A stretch of DNA of 64,000 nucleotides from an uncultured Actinomycetes bacterium (GTDB lineage: Bacteria; Actinomycetota; UBA4738; HRBIN12). The DNA is taken from positions 128,001-192,000 of the forward strand of contig CAVPIB010000007.1 in the NCBI GenBank assembly GCA_963704885.1, in the 5' to 3' direction. The position numbers were made by a program, and so were the translations under genes. Under the pieces are notes generated by a model. The model saw only the letters and a list, made by a program, of their open reading frames with translations, searched no databases and had not been told where the DNA came from. Shown here piece by piece: positions 50,622 to 58,835 of the stretch; positions within the stretch are counted from its first letter, which is position 1; the number at the start of each line of letters is the position of its first letter.

Positions 50622-51104
50622 TCAGTTGAAGACCTGCAGCGTGACCCAGTAGAGGCCGTCCACGTGGACGACGCCCAAGCCCACGTGACGGAACCTGGGA
50701 TCGAGCAGGATGCGGCGGGTGCTCCGACCTCGGAGCCAGGCGTTGCGGATCCCACGGAGGCCACGCCCCTTGCCTATGTTCTCCCCGAAGGCGGTGCCGC
50801 CCACGGCGCTGATCAGCTCGGCGAGGTTCGGCGTGTGCGTCAGCTCGTTCCTACTTGCCATCCGTCGAGCGTGAGCGTGGGCCGCTCGGCTCAACCGGAC
50901 GCTGACCTCCAGGCGCGGTAGTCCCCTGATACCACGGGAGCGGTTGACCAACCTGAGCACCTTGTCGGCCAGCTCGGCATCGGACGGGCGTCTTTGAGAG
51001 ACGTTCGGTCGCGCCTCGACCGAGGGCGCTGCGAACGTAGCGGTCAGGGTCGCGCCGAGGGCAAGAAGCACGACTAAACGCGAACGCGTTCGGGGGGTGG
51101 TCAT
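50622..51104 (-). CDS. secreted CAP/SCP domain protein
   Basis: Signal peptide; LVNRSR, HARRM, GENIG, LLDPRF..VGLG, WVTLQVF. Confidence 0.85.
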   Translation of the reverse strand: MTTPRTRSRLVVLLALGATLTATFAAPSVEARPNVSQRRPSDAELADKVLRLVNRSRGIRGLPRLEVSVRLSRAAHAHARRMASRNELTHTPNLAELISAVGGTAFGENIGKGRGLRGIRNAWLRGRSTRRILLDPRFRHVGLGVVHVDGLYWVTLQVFN

Positions 51105-51150
51105 GTCAGCGGGAGCCTATCGCTTCGCCCGGCTCCGTGGCCAGGCGGGG

Positions 51151-51609
51151 TCAGCCGTACAGCTGGAGCGTGACCCAGAGCCATCCCGCCGACTTCACGA
51201 CGCCGATCGCGGCCCACCGGAACGAGGGGTTCAACAGGTTCACGCGGTGGTCGTGGCTGTTCATCCAGAGCCGCTCCACCCGGCGCAGGGTGTCGGCGTA
51301 CGCCACGTTCTCGCCCCACACCCTGGCGTCATACGGCTGCACCAGCGATCCGATGTTCGACGTGTGGAACAGCGCGTAACGCCGGCCCATCTCAACGCTG
51401 TGACGCCAGGCCTCGCGCGATAATTGGCCGTTCAACCGCAGGGTTTGAAGCCCATGTGAGCTGCGGGTCCCGTTGACCAACAGCAGCATCTCGGTGCGGA
51501 ATCGCTCCGATCGGCTGTCGGCCACGGCGGGTTGCGCCGTGAACGCCAGGAGGGTGATGAGTAGGAGGGAGGCGGCCAGGAACCGCAGGAGCCGCCGACC
51601 GTCGATCAT
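51151..51609 (-). CDS. secreted CAP/SCP domain protein
   Basis: Signal peptide; LVNGTR, HSVEM, GENVA, WMNSHDHRVNLL. Confidence 0.88.
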   Translation of the reverse strand: MIDGRRLLRFLAASLLLITLLAFTAQPAVADSRSERFRTEMLLLVNGTRSSHGLQTLRLNGQLSREAWRHSVEMGRRYALFHTSNIGSLVQPYDARVWGENVAYADTLRRVERLWMNSHDHRVNLLNPSFRWAAIGVVKSAGWLWVTLQLYG

Positions 51610-51655
51610 GCCGAAGGAGCCTATCGACGGAGCTCCGAGGTCGCAAACGCCCCGG

Positions 51656-51967
51656 TCAGGCTGGTGTTCGGGACTTCGAACGCCTCTTGCGAGGCGTGAG
51701 CGAGCGCCCAACCAGGTGGACGGTGACGGCTATCAGGACCACGAACATCGAGGTCAGGAGCACGAACCCGACCACGATCGTGACCGGGTTCTGGCCCGCG
51801 CCGGGTCCGATCGCGCGAACGATCGCGTAGATGGTCATGAACAGGTAGAGCACCACGATGACGACGAAGGACAACGTCGTGAAGAACGTGACCAGCACGC
51901 CGGCAACCGCCAGGCCGACGCCCTTGGATCCCTCGGAAGCGGTAGATGCGGATCGTCGTTTCGGCAC
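51656..51967 (-). CDS. small two-TM hypothetical protein
   Basis: Two long hydrophobic segments and a basic tail. Confidence 0.6.
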   Translation of the reverse strand: MPKRRSASTASEGSKGVGLAVAGVLVTFFTTLSFVVIVVLYLFMTIYAIVRAIGPGAGQNPVTIVVGFVLLTSMFVVLIAVTVHLVGRSLTPRKRRSKSRTPA

Positions 51968-52066
51968 GACGGCAGTCTAGCCTCGGATGCTCGTTGCAGC
52001 TGGTTCAAGTGGGGCCCGTACCAACCGATGTTCTATGGGTACGGATCTACCTCTAGGAGCGTTGCG

Positions 52067-52786
52067 ATGCAGGTCGAAGAGCGCAAGGCGTGTCCGTCGT
52101 GCGGCACAGAGAACCCCGGGACCGTCGACTTCTGCTGGAAGTGCTACACGGCGTTCGCTGCGCCGGCACCGGTGCGTCAAGGGATGACGGTGCGTCCGGG
52201 AACAGACATGCCTCTTCCTCCATCCGTGCCGCCTCCGTCGCGGATCCCAGGTCCCACGAAGACGACCGGGGCTCCGCTGATCGCGCGCGTCGTGGTTGGC
52301 CTGTTCGCGGCCCTCCTGGGCATGTACGGGGTGCGCCTCCTGTTCGACAGGGGACCTTCGCTCCCGGATCGGATGGCTGGCCAACCGCGTTTGTCCACGC
52401 AGGAGATCCGGGACTTCGAGGAGCAGATGGCGGAGGAAGCCGAGGGCTACGACCTTAAGGTGGCCGCGGCCGCCTACGGGACCGGCGCTACGCCTGCGTT
52501 CCTGGTGATGCTGGTGGAGGGTCGCGCGATAGAGACTACGGACCAGCTGTTCGACTCGCTCGTCCAGGGGATGGCGCAGGGCGGAGCCACCGTGAACGAG
52601 AGCGCGACCGACAGCGGCGAGCGCGACGGGACCGAGTACCGGTGCGTTCCGTTCTCCGGCCAGGGCGTCACCGCCGCAGCGTGTATGTGGCGTGACGATG
52701 GCACGGTTGGGATCGTTGTCGACCTGAGCGCCGGTCTCGATGAGACGCGAGAGCTCCTGTTCACCGTGCACGCCACCGTCACCTGA
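52067..52786 (+). CDS. zinc-ribbon, single-TM hypothetical protein
   Basis: RBS AGGAG; CPSCGTEN...FCWKC; Pro-rich linker; TM. Confidence 0.75.
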   Translation: MQVEERKACPSCGTENPGTVDFCWKCYTAFAAPAPVRQGMTVRPGTDMPLPPSVPPPSRIPGPTKTTGAPLIARVVVGLFAALLGMYGVRLLFDRGPSLPDRMAGQPRLSTQEIRDFEEQMAEEAEGYDLKVAAAAYGTGATPAFLVMLVEGRAIETTDQLFDSLVQGMAQGGATVNESATDSGERDGTEYRCVPFSGQGVTAAACMWRDDGTVGIVVDLSAGLDETRELLFTVHATVT

Positions 52787-52862
52787 GACGCACTCGCTCA
52801 GGGCGACCGGATCAGCCTGCTCTTCGGCGTTCGAGGATCCAGCCGCGCGATACATTCACCGG

Positions 52863-53228
52863 ATGCCTGTCGTGCATGTCCGTGCGCTACGGCCCCCCGG
52901 CGGGGGCAAGCAGATCGATCGCACCCTCCGCGGGATATCGGTCGACGTGTCCCACGCCCTGGACGCCGATACGAGCGGCACCTGGTGCACGTTCGCCGCG
53001 CTCGACCGGCAGTCGATCGGTGAAGAGGTCGTAGGGCTCGATCGACAGATCGTCTACCTCGACCTGTGGATCCGGTCGCGGGGTCCGGAGCTCGACGGCC
53101 GAGTGTTGGCGGCCGCCTGTGCCGCCGCGGCGCGGGAGCTCGCGGCTCCGCTGGAGGATGTGTGGGGAACCCTTCGTCACGCGGAACCCGGCCGGGTGTT
53201 CGCCGGTGGTGGGTCGCTCGAGGATTGA
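52863..53228 (+). CDS. tautomerase-superfamily-like protein
   Basis: N-terminal MPVVHV (Pro1); two beta-alpha-beta-like halves. Confidence 0.5.
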   Translation: MPVVHVRALRPPGGGKQIDRTLRGISVDVSHALDADTSGTWCTFAALDRQSIGEEVVGLDRQIVYLDLWIRSRGPELDGRVLAAACAAAARELAAPLEDVWGTLRHAEPGRVFAGGGSLED

Positions 53229-53261
53229 CGGCGGAGGCGGCTGGCGTCAGGAGGCTGTCCA

Positions 53262-54434
53262 TTGAGTGGAGGTGGTTCGTCGGTGCAACGTCCGTCGCTC
53301 GCCGAGTGGCAGTTGGCGCCTTTCAATAGGTGGAGCTTCTGGCACGTCCGCGAGCTGATCCCGACCGAGCGGATCGCCCGAGGCGACGGGCCCGTGGTCG
53401 AACTACCGCCTGAGGACCGCGATGTGGTCTCCACGCCGTTCGAACACGCGGACCGCGCCCACACCATCGCGTCGATGTTGGAGGACACGTTCACAGATGC
53501 CTTCTTGGTGGTGCATCGGGGGGCGTTGGTGCACGAGTGGTACGCGCCCGGGGGCGGCCCCGACCAGCCACATCTGCTGATGAGCGTGTCGAAGTCGCTC
53601 ACGTCTGCGCTGGTGGGTGCGCTCGCCGACCAGGGTCGGTTGGATCCTGAGGCGGCGATCACTGATGTCGTCTCAGACCTGCAGGCAACATCGTTCGAAG
53701 GGGCAACCGTTCAGCAACTGCTCGATATGCGGACCGGAACCCGGTTCGCCGAGGACTACGACGACCCCACCTCGGACGCACCGGTGCTGGACCGGGTAGC
53801 GGGCTGGGCTCCGGCTAACGGGGAGGAGCCAGCCGAGCTCCACGGCTACATCGCGTCGCTGGAGAACGACCAGGAGCACGGGGGAGCGTTCCGGTACCGC
53901 TCGGTGCTGACGGACCTGCTGGGATGGGTGGTGGAGGAGGCCGGCCAGGCGCGGTTCGCCGAGCTCTTCTCGCGTGAGATCTGGTCCAAGCTCGGATGCG
54001 AGCAGGATGCTGACATCACCCTGGATCCGGGCGGCAACGCGTTCACCGATGGAGGGATCTGCACGACCGCCCGCGACCTGGCCCGATTCGGGTTGCTCTT
54101 CCTAGGGCGAGGTGAACTCGCCGACCGGCGCGTCCTGAGCGACGGTTGGGTGCAGAGGATCCTCACGCCCAACCCGGAGCTGGTGGATGCGTTCCGAGGG
54201 GCGCCCGACCTCGCCTACATGCCAGGCGGCTTCTACCACGACTGCTGGTGGATCCGCGATGACAAGGGCATCTACGCGGGGGAGGGGATCCACGGCCAGC
54301 TCGTGTACGTACACGCGCCGTCGGAGACGGTCGTGGTGAAGTTCTCCACCTGGCCCAGGGCCTGGATGGACGACATGGCGTCTCTCACGGAGGCTGGGGT
54401 CGCCGCCATGTGTCAGGCGCTCTCCGGCCGATAG
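53262..54434 (+). CDS. serine hydrolase, class C beta-lactamase fold (6-aminohexanoate-dimer hydrolase-like)
   Basis: MSVSKS (SxxK), LLDMRTG, FRYRS..TD, ARDLARFG, GIHGQ. Confidence 0.9.
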   Translation: MSGGGSSVQRPSLAEWQLAPFNRWSFWHVRELIPTERIARGDGPVVELPPEDRDVVSTPFEHADRAHTIASMLEDTFTDAFLVVHRGALVHEWYAPGGGPDQPHLLMSVSKSLTSALVGALADQGRLDPEAAITDVVSDLQATSFEGATVQQLLDMRTGTRFAEDYDDPTSDAPVLDRVAGWAPANGEEPAELHGYIASLENDQEHGGAFRYRSVLTDLLGWVVEEAGQARFAELFSREIWSKLGCEQDADITLDPGGNAFTDGGICTTARDLARFGLLFLGRGELADRRVLSDGWVQRILTPNPELVDAFRGAPDLAYMPGGFYHDCWWIRDDKGIYAGEGIHGQLVYVHAPSETVVVKFSTWPRAWMDDMASLTEAGVAAMCQALSGR

Positions 54435-54445
54435 GCTCGGGCACG

Positions 54446-54652
54446 ATGGAAGAGGTCGAGGCGGAGGTCGTAGAGGTCAAGCCGTTCGACCTGCACGGCG
54501 TGCGCTACCACGACGTGACCATCGCCTACCCGGACCGAACCGTCGACAACGCACGCCTGGGTCCAGAGGGCGTACCCGCGGAGCTCAGTGTCGGCGAGAC
54601 GGTGATCGCGACCAAAGTCATGAACATGGTTGTGTCCCTCCGACGCCCTTAG
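54446..54652 (+). CDS. small hypothetical protein
   Basis: MEEVEAEVVEVKPFDLHGVRYHDVT...; beta-rich, protein-like codon use. Confidence 0.65.
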   Translation: MEEVEAEVVEVKPFDLHGVRYHDVTIAYPDRTVDNARLGPEGVPAELSVGETVIATKVMNMVVSLRRP

Positions 54653-54820
54653 TCGGCAGCGGCGATCCCGCGCGCAACCCGATCGCAGGTCGGCGGCACG
54701 CCGTGCGATAGGCTTCCGTGTTCTCGTGATCGGCATCGCACTCCTCCACACGTTCCCGAAGACGTTCTGATCGGGCGCCCAGGCGTCCGAGTGACCGGCA
54801 CTCGTCAGCTCCTCGACCCG

Positions 54821-55474
54821 CTAGTCGAGCCCCATGAGCCGACGGGCGATGGCGACCGCGTTCACCGCGTCCTCGCCGTAGGCGTCCGCTCCCACCTGCT
54901 CAGCCCAGGTCGGCGTCACGGGCGCGCCCCCAACCAGGATCTTCACCTGGGAGCGCAGGCCCGCGGCTTCCAGGGCCCGGATCGTTTCGCCCTGGGCGGG
55001 CATCGTCGTCGTGAGGAGTGCGGATAGTCCCACCAGGTCGGCGTGCACGTCGCGGACCGCCTCGACGATGGCTGCCGGGGCCACGTTGACGCCCAGGTCG
55101 ACCACGCGGAACCCGTGCGCGGACAGGATCGTCCCGACCAGGCTCTTGCCTATGTCGTGGACGTCGCCCCGGACGGTTGCGAGCACCACCGTGCCGTGTT
55201 GCTCTCGTGAGGTCCCGCTCTTCACCATCTCGGGCTCGAGCACCGCGATGGCGGTCTTCATGGCGCCGCCGGCCATGACCAGCTCCGGCAGGAACGCCAG
55301 TCCGGCCCCGAACGAGTCACCGACCTCGGTCATGCCCGGTAGGTAGCCCTCGTTGATCGCCTCGAGCGGGTCGATCCCCGCCTCCAGGGAACGCACCGCG
55401 AGCTCGGCTGCGACCTCCGCGTCTCCGTCCAGGATGCTCCGTGTCATGGACTCGAACAGCTCGTCAGCCTGCAT
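54821..55474 (-). CDS. corrinoid (B12-binding) methyl-acceptor protein, MttC-like
   Basis: FLPELVMAG cap domain; GDVHDIGK (DxHxxG); DLG; SALLTTTM; VGGA. Confidence 0.93.
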   Translation of the reverse strand: MQADELFESMTRSILDGDAEVAAELAVRSLEAGIDPLEAINEGYLPGMTEVGDSFGAGLAFLPELVMAGGAMKTAIAVLEPEMVKSGTSREQHGTVVLATVRGDVHDIGKSLVGTILSAHGFRVVDLGVNVAPAAIVEAVRDVHADLVGLSALLTTTMPAQGETIRALEAAGLRSQVKILVGGAPVTPTWAEQVGADAYGEDAVNAVAIARRLMGLD

Positions 55475-55578
55475 CCAACGACTCTGTGAGTGAGTGTCTG
55501 CCACTGATAGGACCCTTCGACCCTGCACGACAGGGCCCTCGGTCCCTGCTCATGCCAGCCTGCCGCGGTCAGCATCCG

Positions 55579-57024
55579 GTGGACGTGACGACGCTACGTC
55601 TGCTCGCCGACGGCGATCTCGACCGGGTTCACGACGCCGCCCTCCGCGTGCTATCCGAGGTCGGGGCCCGGATCATGACCGAGGAGGGGCGGGCGCTCCT
55701 CGTCGATCACGGCGGCACCCTTGAGAGTGATGTCGTCCGGATCCCGTCCGAGCTCGTCGAGCGGGCGCTGGAGACGGCGCCCTCCCGGTTCGCGATCTTC
55801 GACCGCGGCGGCGAGCCTGCGTTGCACCTGGGGGAGGGCAACGTCTACGTCGGAGCCGGCGTCACGAACCTGAACTACCTGGATCCGCGCACCGGCGAGG
55901 TCGAGGACTTCAGCCTCCGCGCGACGGCCGAGTCGACCCGCCTGGCCGACGCGCTCGCCCACATCGACTTCGTCGCGACGCCCGGCGTGACCCGGCCCTC
56001 GGACGAGCTGCCGCTCCACATCGTGAACCAATGCGAGTTCGTGGAGATGGTGACGAACACGACGAAGCCGCTCATGGTGCTGATCGCGGGTGGCCCCGAG
56101 CTCAGCGACATCTACGACATGGCCGAGCTGGTTGCCGGCGGCCCCGACGCCTTGCGGGAGCGGCCGTTCGTCGTGCCCTACCTGAACTCCGTCTCCCCGT
56201 TGACCTTCAACCCGGAGACCGTGGACAAGCTGTTCGTGGCGGCCGACCGGGGGCTGCCCGTGTGCTGCCAGGCGGCTCCACAGGTGGGCGCCACCGGCCC
56301 GGCGACGATCGCCGGCACGCTGGTGATCTCCGCGGCCGAGACGCTGTTAGGACTGGTGCTCGCCCAGCTCCGCGCGCCCGGCGTCCCGTTCATCAGCGGA
56401 ACGGTTCCGTTCCTGATGGACATGCGCAGCGGCAGCGTCACGACGGGGGGTCCCGACGGCTTCCGGTTCATGGTCGCGATGGGACAGCTCTGCCGCCGTT
56501 GGGGGCTCCCGTCGGTCGGCATGAGTTTCGGTGGCGACTCGAAGCAGATGGACGAGCAGGCAGCGCTCGAGGCAGCCTTCTACGGGCTCGGGGCTACGCT
56601 CGGCGGTGTCGACCTCGTCTTCGACGCGGGGTGCATCGAGGGGGGATTGCTCTTCTCGCCCGAGCTGCTCGTGATCGCCGACGAGCTCGTCGACATGTCC
56701 CGGAAGGCGACGACGCCCTTCGAGGTGAGCGGGGAGGCGATCGCCCTCGACACGATCGCCGCGGTCGGGCCGGGAGGGCAGTTCCTGGGCGAACGCCACA
56801 CGCGCGAGCGCTTCCGAGATCTCTGGCTACCCTCCGTGCTGTCGTGGGAGTCACGAGTGACTTGGACGGCCGCCGGCTCGACGACGCTGCGCGAGCGAGC
56901 CAGGGCGAAGGTCTTCGAGGTCTGGGAAGGGCACTTCGTTGAGCCGCTGCCCGAAGACGTGCTTCAGGGGATGCAGGCCATAGTCGAAGCTCGCCGCGCA
57001 GCGCCACCCGAGGTCGAGCTTTAG
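55579..57024 (+). CDS. trimethylamine methyltransferase (MttB) superfamily, pyrrolysine-free
   Basis: VHDAALRVLSEVG, NTTKP, SVSPL, GATGPATIAG, DMRSG, DSKQMDEQA, ELLVIADE, GPGGQFL; no in-frame TAG. Confidence 0.88.
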   Translation: MDVTTLRLLADGDLDRVHDAALRVLSEVGARIMTEEGRALLVDHGGTLESDVVRIPSELVERALETAPSRFAIFDRGGEPALHLGEGNVYVGAGVTNLNYLDPRTGEVEDFSLRATAESTRLADALAHIDFVATPGVTRPSDELPLHIVNQCEFVEMVTNTTKPLMVLIAGGPELSDIYDMAELVAGGPDALRERPFVVPYLNSVSPLTFNPETVDKLFVAADRGLPVCCQAAPQVGATGPATIAGTLVISAAETLLGLVLAQLRAPGVPFISGTVPFLMDMRSGSVTTGGPDGFRFMVAMGQLCRRWGLPSVGMSFGGDSKQMDEQAALEAAFYGLGATLGGVDLVFDAGCIEGGLLFSPELLVIADELVDMSRKATTPFEVSGEAIALDTIAAVGPGGQFLGERHTRERFRDLWLPSVLSWESRVTWTAAGSTTLRERARAKVFEVWEGHFVEPLPEDVLQGMQAIVEARRAAPPEVEL

Positions 57025-57153
57025 GCGGACCCCGGACCTCGACCATCACCGGTCTACGGAGGTGTGCAGTCGGTCGGGTGAGGGTGGCCGCTTCCGGCTC
57101 CGGGACCTCGTCCGGCCCTTGTCGTTGGCGCTGGCGCCCCGCAAGATGCCCCG

Positions 57154-58368
57154 ATGGCAGCCTCCAGTGACCGTCAGCGCTTAGCGACCTCTCGGTTCCT
57201 GCATGCGCCAGAGGGGCAGTCCGTCGCATTCGTCGAGCTGTTCTTCGACCTCGTGTTCGTGTTCGCCGTCACTCGGGTGACGACCGTCACGGCGGAACAC
57301 CTCGACCTGCCACAGGTCGGTAGGGCGGTGTTGATCTTCTGGCTGATCTGGTGGGCGTGGACGCAGTTCACTTGGACGCTGAACCCCGCTGACACGACGC
57401 ATGTCGTGGTGCAGGTGGTCACCTTGCTGGCGACGGCCGCCGCGTTCGTGATGGCCTCCTCGGTATCGCTGGCCTTCGGTGACGAAGCGTTGTGGTTCGC
57501 GATCCCCTACGTCGTGGTCCGCGCACTGGGACTGGGGCTCCAGGTGCGCATCGCCGCCGAAGACGAACAGGGCACGGTCGGCGGGGCTCCGCGGTCGTCT
57601 CGACAGGTCATGCGGTGGGTGGGCCTGTCTTTCCTCGGTCTGGTCGCGGTCCTCGCGGGCGCGTTCGTCCAACCGCCCGGGCGAACATGGATCTGGGTGC
57701 TTGCGATCGCACTCGACCTGCTGGCCGCCACGATCGGTGCCAGGTCCGAAGACCCGTGGGACATCGGCGCCGCGCACCTTTCGGAGCGCCATGGATTGTT
57801 CGTCATCATCGCGCTCGGCGAGTCGTTGATCATCGCTGGCACGGCCGCCGCGAACGAATCGCGATCGCTCGACCTCGTGGGCTTGGCCGGGGCAGGGCTG
57901 GCCGTCGTGGGGCTGCTCTGGTGGAGCTATTTCGCCTGGTTCAAGGACGACCTCGAGGCCGCCTTCGAAGCTGTCGCGCCCGCCGACCGTGGGGCCGCTG
58001 CTCGCGACGCATACAGCCTGGCGCACTTCCCGCTGGTGGGGGGCATCGTGGGCTTCGCGATCGCCGCCGATCTGATGGTGTTGCACCCCGCCGACCCCGT
58101 GGAAGCCTCGGTGATGGCCGCGCTCGGGATCGGCACCACCCTGTTCATGAGCGCCACGGTCCTGTCCTACTGGCGCCTGCACCGACGGGTGCTGGTGCCG
58201 CGGCTGGTCATCACCCTGGTGGCCGCTGGCGCGCTCGCGTTGGTCGTCGGCGCTTCACCGGTCTGGCCACTCACGATCGTGGCCGTGGGCCTCGCCGCGG
58301 TTGCATTCGCCGAACGGGGTCGGTTGCCAGGGCGTCGCTCTGCCTCGGATCCGCCCCACGCCGCGTAG
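57154..58368 (+). CDS. ltrA: low temperature requirement protein A family membrane protein
   Basis: ELFFDLVFVFAV, WWAW, HLSERHGLFVIIALGES, WWSYF. Confidence 0.9.
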   Translation: MAASSDRQRLATSRFLHAPEGQSVAFVELFFDLVFVFAVTRVTTVTAEHLDLPQVGRAVLIFWLIWWAWTQFTWTLNPADTTHVVVQVVTLLATAAAFVMASSVSLAFGDEALWFAIPYVVVRALGLGLQVRIAAEDEQGTVGGAPRSSRQVMRWVGLSFLGLVAVLAGAFVQPPGRTWIWVLAIALDLLAATIGARSEDPWDIGAAHLSERHGLFVIIALGESLIIAGTAAANESRSLDLVGLAGAGLAVVGLLWWSYFAWFKDDLEAAFEAVAPADRGAAARDAYSLAHFPLVGGIVGFAIAADLMVLHPADPVEASVMAALGIGTTLFMSATVLSYWRLHRRVLVPRLVITLVAAGALALVVGASPVWPLTIVAVGLAAVAFAERGRLPGRRSASDPPHAA

Positions 58369-58431
58369 GCCGTCGACGGGTCACCGCCGATGGAGCCACG
58401 TCTCCGACCTTGGATCAGGCTGTGGTCCGGA

Positions 58432-58704
58432 TCACTTCTGGTGCCAGATGAACGTGTCCCACTGGACGCCTTCTGTGCCAGCAGCAGCGTTCATCTCGTC
58501 ACCGTACTTCTCCGAGGCCGCATGCATCGCGTCGTGCGAATCCCACTCGCTGATCAGCGACATCTGGGATGGATCGGCCTCGCTTTGGAGCGTGCGCCGG
58601 TTCCGCGCCCCCATCTCATCCATCAAAGGCCCGAACTTCTCCGCCGCTGCGATGAAGCGATCCACGTCGGGAACCTTCACCGACATCTGAACTAGAACTG
58701 CCAT
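58432..58704 (-). CDS. small ferredoxin-like (dimeric alpha-beta barrel/ABM-like) protein
   Basis: RBS AGGAGG; MAVLVQMSVKVPDVDRF...ISEWDS. Confidence 0.65.
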   Translation of the reverse strand: MAVLVQMSVKVPDVDRFIAAAEKFGPLMDEMGARNRRTLQSEADPSQMSLISEWDSHDAMHAASEKYGDEMNAAAGTEGVQWDTFIWHQK

Positions 58705-58835
58705 TTCTCCACCTCCTGTTCCACCCATGATGAACCTATACCGCGATCTGCGACAGCCTCCTTCGGAGCGGAAACGCCGGAAAAGGGGCGACTCGGTCAG
58801 CCGCACCCTTCCGGGTCGTACGCGAACCTCGCCGC

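Noticed and set aside
54655-54820. Possible gene remnant between the small ORF and the corrinoid gene
   Set aside because: No convincing frame or motif
55475-55578. Possible cobalamin riboswitch (GCCACTG) between corrinoid and MttB genes
   Set aside because: Region too short and lacks the other conserved B12-element segments
55579-57024. Pyrrolysine recoding in MttB
   Set aside because: ORF is continuous with no in-frame TAG; no pyl genes in the window
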